From NCBI GenBank assembly GCA_001938485.1, contig MQRK01210013.1:1-57352 (forward strand): a DNA stretch of 57,352 nt, written 5' to 3'. Position numbers and translations under genes: made by a program. Position 1 is the first letter of the stretch, and each line of letters opens with the position of its first letter. This stretch comes from Girardia tigrina. Taxonomy: Eukaryota. Positions 14,401-27,900 of this stretch are shown here, in pieces. The notes beneath the pieces were generated by a model. That model did no database searches. It was not told where the DNA came from and worked only from the letters and a program-made list of their open reading frames with translations.

Positions 14401-17400
14401 TATTTTGAACATTTCCTCATACTTTCGCATGTGTGAGAATCTGGTATTGAATTCTTCAAGTAATTTAGCTATTTCAGTAGAATATTTGAACATGTTTTTT
14501 ATGGTTGTTAGAATAATTAAATTAATATCAATACATATTTATATTTAAATTCATATCTCTATTTATAAATGTAGTGACACAAAATTTTAATCAATATTTA
14601 TAAATATTAAATATATATAAAAAATCCTATATTTCTTTTTTATAATTTCAATTTTTCGACCAAGATACATGATGTAAAACGTGACAATGTTCTCTCATTT
14701 TTTTGAAGACCTCGTCAAATTTCAAGCAGTGATTTGATTAATTCAAGAAAAGACATCCAAACAATGATTCATGTGTTTTTGTTATTTTAATGATAAAATT
14801 AGTAAAAAAAATATTTGATATTAATTATCAAATTAAAGTTACTAAAAATACAAATTAAAAAAAACAATACTAATAGAAATTTGAATTAGTTGTACTGATC
14901 TAATGTAATCAATTAATTTATGGATTTGTTTGAATTTGTAAACATTGTATGGAATGCTATTATTTTTTGAAAATAAATTTTTTTCGAATTTTAAAATCGA
15001 CAATTGAGTGATGTCTTTGATTTATGACAAGTTTGAAAATCCTCAATTCCCCATTGTGAATCGTTAACCGATTTTATACTCCCATATTTCGCGCAACTCT
15101 CTGCTCCATAATAATTTCTTTCGATTCTGTCATCACAAATTAATTGAGACAAATTATATTTCCGATGACTCGAGTCAGTTAATAATCTGTGATAACTGGA
15201 ACAATCGCTCGCAATCATTGTTGATATTCCCCAGTTGGACGATGTTCCTCGCCTCGATCGATAATCGCCTCATTATCATCACTCTTGTCGTCACAGAGAT
15301 GCCGAAGCCGATTCGCCCGACGATGTTCGAGGAGCGACCCGTACTGAAGATCGAGTCGATCAAACCGGCGCGATGCTTCCACCATGAGTCCGACACGATC
15401 GAAGAGACGCGCCACTGTCTGCTCAGCCTGCTCGACGAGTACTGATCACTGGAGTTCGTCGTCAACATTGTCGACACGCTCACGATCCTCGTAACGCGGT
15501 CCTCGTTACACGCGCGTAGCCAAATCGACGTGCTCCTCCACCAGAAGACCTTACCCGGTGTTAGGCGATCCCGGCAGACGACGAAAATAAATATATAAAG
15601 GATCCATTATATGATTATATAGATTACTGAAATTATTTGAATCAATCAACGTAATTGTAAATTACGTGCATAATTTAATTTTGATTGAAAATAAACATTT
15701 CTTTGAGTTCCGTTTTTTAATGGATAATTCTTACATGTTGGCCACGCCTAGCATTGTTAATAATTTAGCACCGAAGATATTCGATGGGAACAGCGATCTA
15801 GAAGACTTCATCGGCGATTGTCAACGATTTTTCGAGGTAAATGAATGTAAGAATAAATGCATTGTTTTATGTCGCGAAAAGAGTATTTCCATCTGTTATT
15901 TTTGGAATAAAATTAATAAGTGATTTAGGTTTCGAACTTAAATGTGATGGAGTGATTACATCTGAAAAAGAGGATATAATGAGCGATTCAAAGACGAATA
16001 TTTGTGCATTAGACCCATGTGTAGGTAAATTTCAATATAATGAGAAACATAGAATGCAAAATGCAATTGAGAAATTAAATCTGAAAACTAATACAACTTT
16101 ATATAAGTGAGTCGAAAAATACAAAAATATATTTATGGCTGGTAAATGGGATATAGGGAAGACTAAGTTAGTGAAGCATGAGATTAAGACAATAGATGAG
16201 TCCATATTACAGAAACCCCGTCGTCAACCAGCTCACTTGGAAAACCATATTGATGAAGCATTATGGAATTAGGAACAACATGGAATAATAATAAAATGTT
16301 CTTCCCCCTGGAACACACCCATGGTCTGCGTATGGAAGAAAGAGAAAAAGGAAATTCGCTTGTGTCTAGACTTTAGACTTTTAAATCAGATTACAGAAAG
16401 ACCTGCCTTCCCAATGCCAAATATAGATGAGATGATAGATTCTTTGAAAGCAGCCCGATAGTTTAGTTCTGTTGATTTAGGAAACACTTATTATCAAGTG
16501 GAGTTGGAAGAAAATTCGAGATTGAAAACTGCCTTTTCAGCCAAAACAGGACAGTTCTGTTTTACGAGAATGCCTTTCGGCATAGCTGCGGCACCAGCAA
16601 CGTTTCAAAAGTTGATGACATATGTTTTGGGAGAAATGTTATGGAAGGAGGCATTAGTTTACCTGGACGACATTTTAATATTTTCAGAAACAGAAGCACA
16701 ACATTTAGACCGACTGGACAAGCTATTTTTGAAGATTCAAGCTGCAGGAATCAGAATAAACCCAGAAAAGTGTAAACTTTTTCAAACAGAATTAAAATTT
16801 TTAGGTCACATCGTTAACAGAGATGGAATTAAGACAGATCCTGAAAAAAATCAGAGCAATTCAAGATTTCAAAAAACCAAATTGTATTAAAAAGTTACGC
16901 AGTTTCTTGGGGTTATGTAACTATTACAGGAAATTTATTCAACAATATTCTAAATTATCTAAACCATTAGAGGAACTATGAGGAAGTTCAAAAGATAAAC
17001 TTTATTGGTCTGACTCCCATACTTAGGCATTTAAAAGATTGAAGGAAGCATTGATATCGACCCCAGTACTGTGTTACCATGACTTCCAAAAAGAATTTAT
17101 TTTAGGTACCGATGCGTCATTTGACACTTTAGGTGCAGTTTTGGCCAAAATAAATGACAAAGGTGAGGAACAAGTGATTGCATATGGTTCGAAAACTATG
17201 TCAAAGCATGAAATTGACTATTGTATTACTCGGAAAGAGTTATTGGCTATTTTTTATTTCACTCAGCACTTTAAACATTATCTAATGGTGCAAGTTTTAA
17301 ATTGCGAACCGATCACAAAGCAATAGAATTTATGATGACCAAAAAGAAACCAATAACACCACAATTCCAAAACTGGATGAATTATTTAAGTAGCTTAGAT

Positions 17401-20400
17401 ATGGTTTTAGAGAACAGAAAAGGAATATTACATCAAAATGTAGATGCCTTGTCGAGAACAGATTGTATGACATGTGCGCAATGTCTTATTAAGCATGATG
17501 AAGCAAAATTGACCAAATCAAGTACAAGAATGCTTGCAATAGTTGAAAAGGAATTGCATATCCCTTACCATTATTGGTCATGAAAGTTTTAATTTCTACT
17601 CTTAATTTCCAAAAGCGCAATAAGCAGCTTCCGCGACTTAAACACCGAATTTTGGTATGAAAAAAAGATCAGAATATTCAGATTCGAGTTAACTAAGATA
17701 TTGCTAAAATTGACGATGCCTCAATGAACTATTTTTAATTGAATTAATTATACTTGGATAATAATTGTCATTACATGAGACATATTTAACACTTGTGCAC
17801 AACATAGATTATCGAGATGCAAAAAAATCAATGGCAATTGAACATTTCAAATCTTTCGATCTTTTACCAAAGTATTTGTGATCGAAAATTGATATAACAG
17901 TACCAAAATCTTTTCCACCCATTGAGGGGCTCCATCTTTTGAGATACCTATGAGATTTTTTAAATCGATCTGATGACTTTGTGCCAAAATTACTGGCGAT
18001 GAAATTACCTTGATGTAATTACAGCGATGAAAACAGGAAGTATCACTATTTTATACCAAACACAGATTACAATTACAATAATGTTGAAAGTCATTATTTT
18101 GCACTTGTATTGATTGATATAACTGCCAAGGAAAGAAAAAAAGATGAAGTTTTTGAATTATTAAAGGAAAACTCAAACTTTTCGCCAACAGTTTTTTAAT
18201 TTATTTAAACAAAATCAAAATAGTTATTTGATTCATAATTTTGAGGAATATATCGAAACATTCTGTATGTTGTGTCTTTGAATTGAATTTCATATTTAAA
18301 TTATTATTATTAAAATGAATAATCTATTATATATTTTAATGAAAAAGTTTGTTCGAATTAGAAGAGTTAAAATGACACTTAATTTATTTTCAATCAAGAA
18401 CGATATTGATGTATGAAGGTATTACTACTGATTAATCAGAAAATAATTCAAACTGAAAGTTTGACAAAATGCACCAAGAACTACAAAAAAACGCCCGGCA
18501 TTACTCAATAGAAAGGGTCCAATTCTTCTGCATGAAAACGCTCATCCATATGTTGCAAGAAAGACCATGCTGAAGTTAAACGAACTGGGATATGAAACTT
18601 TGCCTCATCCATCGTACTCATCAGACCTTTCTCCTACAGACTATCACATTTTCAAAAATTTCAGCCAGTTCCTTCCGAAAAAAGCTTCAGAAACCAAAGA
18701 GATGCTGAAAGAGTTTTGGACGACTTCATCGCCTCCAGAACTCCAGCATTTTATGAAAATGGAATAAGAAAACTTGTTACCCGTTGGCAACAGTGTGTTC
18801 AATGTAATGGTTTTTATTTTGACTAATAAAGTTAATTCTAAAGAAAGTTGTGTTCATTTAAATTTGATGGTTAAAAAACGACATTTCTTTTGCATCAACC
18901 TAATAATTATTATTTATAGACTACATGTAAAATTATTTCAATTATGTTTGTTGATTATTAATATTATTTTTTTCAAACAAAAAAGTATATAAACGTGTAA
19001 AACGAGGGATAGGTGTAATATGCAACAGGGATTAATTTATCAGTACATGAAAATTCTTTACTCTATCTACTTCCTCAAACGACGAATAATCTTAATTTAA
19101 AGTATTTTCAAAGACTTTTGAAGGTAGTCTAGGAAACATATTCTTGTCTTCGTTTAAAAGTTTTGTTACATTAAATCGTAAGACTCTTCTTGAGGGGTCA
19201 TAAATTTAAAAATCGTAAGAAGCCAAATCCAGAATGTCTAAGTGCAACAACAGTTCGAAGCCTTATTCTTCCGCCTTAACCTGTTGTGACATTGAACGTA
19301 TGAATGAGAGATACACCTTTTGATTTGTGTCATAGTTTATGAACTTGGCTGGATAAGCTCAAAATAATCCATTGCCTTCCTCTGTCAAGGAAATTAATTT
19401 GAATGATTCCACAACGGAATTTTAGTGATCTACATTTATGAAGGACCCCGTTTACTTTTCATGACATACCGACTAATTGGTTTTTCATTTTTCGTGAGGA
19501 TGTTATGCAGTTGCAAATTGACAATGTAACAGTTTAGATGATAGTAACACATTTTACAAAAGAGAAATTGTGGAACAAATCACGGAAAAACGATTTAAGT
19601 TGGTATAAATATAACCATAAATGTTAAGGCGTTGTTTAACCCACTCATTTTTTTCCCTTTCTCATGCAAAATTCGCTTTTCTACTACAGTTTCTATCTGT
19701 CTTTTTTGTTCTTTCCAATAGTTGCATCCAATATATATATATATAGTTTGTCATTCGATGAATCAGTTTTTCGATGAATATGTTTTCGATGAAAATGCTT
19801 TTGATAAACATGATTTCTGTGAATGTGCCTAATCCCGGACACTAGAGTTATGACTTTAGCACTTTTTTCTCCCAATTTTTTTCCTCTTCTATTCCATTTG
19901 AAACTTTTGTACGTAGATCGCATTTTTCGTACTAGAGTTGAAAAATTTTGAAAAAAACGTTGCGCACTCATAAGATGCAAAAATCATATAGCAATTTCAT
20001 TTTCCAAATGATACATTACTGCCATCTGACACATTTATTGTATATTTCATAATACAAGAAAAAAACAAATAAACTTGAACTTTTAAAGTAGAAATGATCC
20101 TTTTCTCATCTTTGGAAAAATCTTCTTGACATTATATTAGATTCCTTGTCAATTCCTTTTATTTCGAGGAGAAAATTTTATTACCTCCATTTTTCACACC
20201 GAAAGTCTCAAACTGGTGTGCAAAACCACCGAAACAAATATTACTCAAATGATATAAGTTTTTATTGTGCGGGATGAATGAAGGAAAATTAGCAAGTTTT
20301 CCTTGCAGTATACACTGAGATATCGTTATGCTGGAGAAGCTCCAGTTCCTGATTGATCAAGGAGAAGAGCGCGTTCACAAATGGTTGTTAACCATAAAAT

Positions 20401-23400
20401 ACGCCATTCTTTGTTAATTTCATAAATATAGAAATGCAAGAAATTAGGAAAATACAATTTCGTTTGTGATTATAATTTAAATGGTTTATATTTTTCTATC
20501 ATTAATTATTTATATATAGTGCAATAATTCATATTTACGAAATAATTCATATTTGTGAAAGAAATTCCTCTCAGATCCTCTAAACCTATGAGTTATATTT
20601 GGACATGCTTTATTATGAGTAAAAAAAGTATTTATTAATTTTTATATGTTAAAATCGCACAAAATATTCGCTACATAAAAATTGAAGTTCAAATGTAATT
20701 TTAAAAACTCAATAATTATAACGGAAAAAGATGTCTACAAACCTGTGGAAACATCGTTATCGCACTTCTAACTTTTGATATTTCTAATTTTCTGATGTCA
20801 ATATCATCAATACATAAAGATCCACTGCTCGGTTCCATTAACTTGAACAGTGACTGGGCTAAACTTGTTTTCCCGGACCCTGTACGACCCACAATACCAA
20901 TTTTTTCACCATGCTCTATAGTTAAATTAATATTGCAAAGGGCGTAATTATAGTCTTGTTCATATTTAAGATAGAAATTTTTGAATTCTATTTTGCCACA
21001 CCTAGGCCAGTCCGTCAAATTAACCTTTGTATCATTTTCCTCACAAAATTCAGATTCCATCTAAGATATAATATAAATCAATTAAAAAAAATAAATAGCT
21101 AAACGTTGAATTTATTTCAGTTTTTAATTTCGACAGTTTAACCGTCATCGTCAGAACAAATGATTTTTCAAACGAAATTTACTTATATAGTGCAGTTAAT
21201 GATTATCCAATCAATACGTAATCAGTACATCATTTAAAAACTCACAACAAAGTTGTAGAGAATGCATTGTGAACGTTAATTTTAAGATCCAAATATCTTA
21301 TATATAACGTTTTACATGTCACTCCCAATAATTTTTAAATTGAGTGCACAGAATATCATCAACATATCGTTTATACGCTAGAGGTTAAACGACCAGAAAA
21401 AGAATCGATTTTATCTTCAATACTAGATAGAAATATTGAAATACTAAAGGTGAGCCCATAGCTATTCCATCAACTTAGCTATAAACACTATGTTGATGAT
21501 ATTTTTTTGATTTTTCAAAATGAAAAGGATATTTTTCCAGTTTTAAATTACATGAATTCTTAGCTTTCAAATGTAAAGTTTGCTATGGAGACAGAGCAAG
21601 ATAAGAAATTATTCTTTCTCGATTTGTTATTTGAGAGGAAAAACGGACGTTATGATACGGAGATTTACAGATAGAAAAATGGATATGAGGTTATCCACTG
21701 AGGGAACCGGTCTTTTTGGCGTCGGTTTTCGGTGCCGTTTTTTTGCGCTGAATTTTTAAAAACAATGTATTATTTATTGTCAAAATAAAATTGTTTATTT
21801 ACCCGATTACTTGAGTAATCGAAAGGGAAATTTAACTAAGAGATATGGCTTTTACTTAAAATAGCAACGTAGTGTATAAGAAATGGGTTGTTGTACCTTA
21901 TATCACAGATAGTGCCATGCGGATTCCGGTTCAGGGAGATTAAATTCAATTCTTTGTCGTAGTCTAGTGTGTATGATTGATGTGTCAAGTATCAATTCTC
22001 GGCGGATTTCTTGCGACTGAAAACGCATGGATTTGTTGTCGGATAAATTATTAAAAAGTTTTGATTTTGGTTTCATCATGCCTGATTCAGAAAACAAAGT
22101 GGAACGAGATCGATGTGATTGATGATAAATTGATTAAAACTTTTGATTTGGTGTTTTCTACCGATTCTTCTTCATTACAGCTTCTTTTTCACTGAGTCTC
22201 ATGGTGATCTTATTCATTGTATCGATCGGTTGATAAGTGAGAACAGTCGGTTTGTAGCATGTGCCCCCTACAGGAGTCGAATTCTGGAAATGTTTGTCGA
22301 GAAGACTGAAAAGAGATTTGTTGTTGAGTTTCAATGAGGATTCTGAGAATAAATTGAAGAGAATTGATGGTGTATTGCATCTGTCGTATGAGGAACCGAT
22401 TGTGCTCGTAATGACGAGAGGGGCAATTGATTAATGATCATCAATAGATTTGAATTTTTTTGACTTGGCTTTTATTGAATGTATATAAATGTATGAAATA
22501 TTTAATTTGTCAAAAAAGGGGAAAGACTAATTAATAAAAAATAAAGTTGAATAAAGTTTTAAAAAAATGTAAAAAAATAGTGGCATAATGTGATGTGTGT
22601 GTGTAATGATTGATTGTTTTATGTTGATGAATTTTTTCGGCCGTTGTGATTGGCTGATTGGTTTTGATGAATTGGTTTAATCGAATTGTTATGACAATTT
22701 GTTTTGTTTGATCAAATCAAATAAAATATGTTTGGTGCGAATTTTATTTTGAATTAAAGAAGTTGCCATTGTTAATTTTACAATTTATTAGAAAATAAAG
22801 AATTTACGCGCTAATTTGAGTTTTGTTTCGTGACACGTTTTTCTTCGTGTCATTTGAAAGAAAATCCATCCGACAACAACTTGCAAATCTCGGATTCGAA
22901 TTGAGAGAGAGCGATGACTGGGTGAATGTGAGGAGACCGAATATTGATACAATAATCGATCAGAGATGCTTGATACATTTGTGTCAGGCGATATAAACGC
23001 GGTGTGAGTGTTGGGACGCAATCACCCGTGATGGTCAATCACTGTGCGACAATTATTTGAATGAGCCCAACGAAAAAAGAACAAAGATGTGTGAACATCC
23101 GAGCAATCCCGAGCAATGGCGCTCCAACGTCCCTGAAGCCGTCAAAGGCCGGGTTTGATAATTTATTTTTCCTCTCCGCGACCCGAATTCCGCCTCCCAA
23201 CTACAGGGCGCTGCAATCACGCGAGTCCGGCGCCCACTCTGTTATCAGTCACTTCCTTTTACAATATGATGATGGAAATTAATTAATACATCATACCTCG
23301 TCATCTAATTAGTGACGTGCACGAATAGATTAACGAGATTCCTACTGTCCCTATCTACTATCTAGCAAAACTACAGCCAAGGAAACGGGCTTGGAACGTA

Positions 23401-23438
<38 letters not shown>

Positions 23439-24885
23439 TCGACTTTGTGAAGAAACATTAAAGGAGTAGTATAAGTGGGAGACTTCGGTCAGCATTGAAA
23501 TACTACTACTTTGATAGTTTCTTTACTAACTCAGTAATGCAGTAAAGTTAACTTCGGTTAATTTATTTAATGAGAAACGCACTTCATGAAAAACCATATT
23601 TAAACAAATTAGTTCTTTTGTATTCTGTTTACCGAATATTACGTTTCATTTATTATTTATTTTAAAAATTATATATTATTATCCAGAAAAAAAATTATTA
23701 GTTTCATCGATTTCACGATAAAATATATAAAACAAAATGCATAATTCAAAGTTCTAAAATACCTGATCAAAATAGTTTAACCTTTCCAAGGCCATAGAAT
23801 TAGTTTCTAAATCTACATATTGTATCATCATCCAATTTAACAAATCTATAATGTCAATTGAATAACTAATGGTTAGACCAACGAGGCTGGGGGTCAATTT
23901 ATCTCTATAGCAAATTGCCATTACCACAGACCCAAATACTAAAACATTCCCTAAGAAGTCTAATCGTAACGATAACCACAGATTAAGAACATTCTGTATA
24001 TATAGAAACTGAGTGTTTTTGTCAAGTAATTTATAGATTCCACATTCAAAATGTTTATGTTGTTTGGAAGCACGAATAATTGCCCTACCTTGAAGAGTTT
24101 CATTAAAATAACGGAATATTGGTGAACTAGATTTGATACAGAGCATTTGTGTTTGACAAGCGGATGGTAAATAAAATTTCTGAAAATAAATTAATTTAAA
24201 TAATTTTTAATTTATTAATCGATGTTTGCGCGATTTTTATACATAGTCCCAATGCCAATTTTAACATAGATTTGTAAGACAAGCTTAAAAATAAACTTTT
24301 TTTGATTTATTAGCGGTATTTGAATTTTTTATGTCAATCATGTAAAATTTTTTGAATCAAAAAATTCAAAAAATAATTAAATTTTAATCTAATAAATGAT
24401 AATTAAGCTGATTTTTCGCCATAAAGTCAACAGGTCTGTCACCGTTTTTTCCCATGCAAATTTCAATGAACTGTATGAAAATTGATGCCAATGTTGGAGC
24501 AATAAGTGAAACATTTTTCGTACTAAACATAAGCAGTTCAAATATCGTTTCTGGATGTATATGTTGCTTGTTCTTGAGATCTACTTTTCTTTCCAATAAA
24601 TCTATAGTCAATTTAATAGTTTCATCAATAGCTACTGTTAGGGTTTCTTTTTGGTGAACTACACATTTTTGATATTTTTAAATTAAAAATCATATGTATA
24701 TTTGAGATAAATTTAAAATAATGTTCACATGGTTTCTGATTGTGAGGTTCCACGTTCGAATTTTTTGTTTTTTACATTTTTTAAAATACTGATTATTAAA
24801 ACAAGTTATCAATCATTTGAATTAATTGTTATTGATGTCTTCATTAGCTAAGACATGTAGCGATCAAACAAAAAACTGATCAACA

Positions 24886-24925
<40 letters not shown>

Positions 24926-27900
24926 CCGAGAAAAGGCAATTTCGTCTGAAAACTCTACATCAATAACAATAACTATGTAAAAATATTAATATATGTTTGG
25001 TTATATTTTAAAATTAACAAAATTATTTAAGAAACCATTTAAAAATTTGGTTTATTTGAGCAATGTTGAAGAGAATCAAAACATAAATAAATAAATAATA
25101 AATAACAGATCATTTAATTGAAAGGTTTCATTAATTTATTTTCTAGTTAACTCATCATCGACTAATTTTTTCTTCCTACATTTTTAATATTTTTATTGCT
25201 CAATCTAAAGCAATGAGTCATTTTATCAATATTTTCTGTTTTTTACACGATTTATTCTTACTTTTTGCAATTGCTGTTTCTTTATTTCCTAAATTTTTCT
25301 TATAATATTTCTGACTTACTTTTATATTTTTCTCAATCGATGAGTATGTTAATTTTATTATTTTTAGATAATGTTTTATCAGAATATTTTTATAATAAAG
25401 ATAAATGACATTATAAATAGATAATCAAAAATATAAATTTTATTATTTTTTATTATTTATTATTTAGTAAGACTTTTTATGAAGAAATATGTTTAAATTT
25501 TGACGTAATAAAACGTGACTGTCTAGAGTTGACCTATAAATCTTTTCCAGTTAAAGCAAAAAAAAATAAATAACACGCAAAATTTATTGAACAAGTGCAC
25601 AGAATAGCTACTATCATTTGTTACACATCGTTCCCATCGATCAGGAAGGTTCTTAGTACCATCGGTGATAATTAATGAATCCTCACTAGCAATGTAGCTT
25701 TTGATGTTCTGCTGAGTGTCCTCTGAATATGTAACACGTTTTCTTCTAAGTGTCACTATATCGAGGAGAATAAATAAAAATCTGATAAGCAAAGGTTAGG
25801 GGTGTATGGTAGATGTGTTAACAGTTCCGATTCTATTTCTTCCGGTTTCAACATTATTATGACAACTGTATGGTGGCTTGCATTATCGTGGAGGAGTCAC
25901 AGAGAGCCATCGATCGACCTTCTGCGTCTTTATTTTAGAACGGAAATCTTCACGCTTTTCAGGATGGACATGTATTTAGTCACCGTCATTGTACGTTCAC
26001 ATGACAATACATCAATGAGAAGTACTCCCCATCAATCCAAAAATTTGGTGACAAAATGTTTCTTATCACACTTAAATGATGATTTTCACTCACCATTTTC
26101 TTCACTTAAGCAATATTGACTTCAGTTGAAGACATTGTTGGTTGAAAAGAGCAAGGTAAATCTTTCATCACATCTCGAATACTTTTGAATGTGTTGTACC
26201 ACCATATACACGTGCTTTTAGTAAGGTCGATTCTAAGCCTTCAGTAATATTTCTATGGATCCAGCACACGAAATTCCATTTAAAATCCAAAATCTAAGAC
26301 AAGTTTTTTGTTCAATATTTTAATCCATTTTTAAATTCTCAAAACATACTTGAGATGTACTAATATTATCCAGTTCTGTAAACAAACAAAACGACAAATC
26401 ACATCCAAAAATGGAAGAATATTATTGATCTCCAATTCTGTGTTAACGTTAATTTTATCATGAATGGTGTTCATGATGCTCAAAAGTGGTAGTTTATGGA
26501 ATTTGTATTGGAAAACTAGGAAAATATTATCCACATATCTTTTATACACAGAAAGTCTTCCAACGTATATGATCTATACATGTGACTTTCTATGAATTGC
26601 ATGAAAATTGATGTCAATGTTGGAGCAATAAGTGAACCCATTGCGACTCCGTCTTTCTAAATGTACCATTCCTCATTGAAGAGAAATGAAACATTTTTCG
26701 TACTAAACATAAGCAGTTCAAATATTGCTTCTGGGTGTATATTTTGCTTATTCTTGAGATCTGCTTTTTCTTTCCATAAATTTATAGCCAAATTTCAAAT
26801 TCACAATTTTAAATTTGACATTAAAATTGTTTCGTATAATAATAATAAAAAAATATTAATCAGTCATCTGATTAAATAATGTTTACAATATTTAAAACCC
26901 AACCTTGTTTTTCCTTTCTTTTTCTATACTTGCTTTCGTGTCACCTTGTCCCGTGTTCAGTCTCATTTGGCAACGTGAACTCCCTTCCCATGATGCTATG
27001 GAGTATGAATTTTCAGGCTAGTTGTATTTTGCTATAACGTATCGAATTAACAAATCAAATGATCTAAAAAAGTTAATTTTAACTTTTTTTGGCAAAAATC
27101 GTTTTACGATTATTAAAAAATGTTTAAACTGTTTTGCAATTTTAACCCACTTCCAATGATGCTATCGAGCTGAAATTTTCAGGGTAGTTTTATTTTGCAA
27201 TAAAGTATCAATTGAACGATCCTTCCAAATCCTCTGTCACCATTCAATCAAACAAAAATTAACAAAACAAATTATATCACAATTTTTATCTCACCAATCG
27301 ATAAAAATCGACAAAGAAAAAATTATTTTAGTGCACTCAATAGAAAGAAGGGCCTTGAAAATTTTTTTGAAATGTGTAATATTATTTGAAAATAATGAAA
27401 ACTTTACAAAAATAACATAAATTACATTTAAATAATTATAACTTACTAGCATTAAATAATAAAGTAAACCAATGGGAATTATCAGTAAAAGGAAAGCGGG
27501 AAACGTGTGAAGAATAACAAAAAAAGATGCAACGACTTGAAATATACAATTTATAACTTCCGACAAATTGTTGGGAATCAGACTGTCAATGTTATCGATA
27601 TCCCGACTAAAGAAGTTTAATATCTGATTACTGGACCGATGAAAATAATGCAATTTGGACTTCAAAACTTTATTCAGCATGAAATCATGAATAGTCTGGA
27701 AGGTACTCGTAGTTATAATTCAGGAATTTTAATAATTGATAAATGATTAAATAATATTACAACTTTATGACACCGATTAACACCAAATTAAATTCTGATT
27801 GTTCTCTCAACATTATTTTTTTTATAAAAAGTAAAATAATAAATTTTTAGTCCATCAATTTTATGCTTTTTGCAAATTTTTGGAAATGTTGTGACTAAAA

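Noticed and set aside
15175-15483. Minus-strand ORFs over the GC-rich island (likewise the + ORF 30541-30846)
   Set aside because: Antisense shadows of the INTS7 and TM9SF4 frames.
23293-23510. RIP-like CpA/TpG to TpA bias among the 28S fragment substitutions (about 5 of 9 versus the universal consensus)
   Set aside because: The sample is tiny, the organism's true rRNA is unknown, and the mariner at 40535-41809 does not show this spectrum.
24835-24870. Second hammerhead near a Penelope fragment
   Set aside because: A stem is present (gcta...tagc) but the CUGANGA and GAAA cores are too degenerate.
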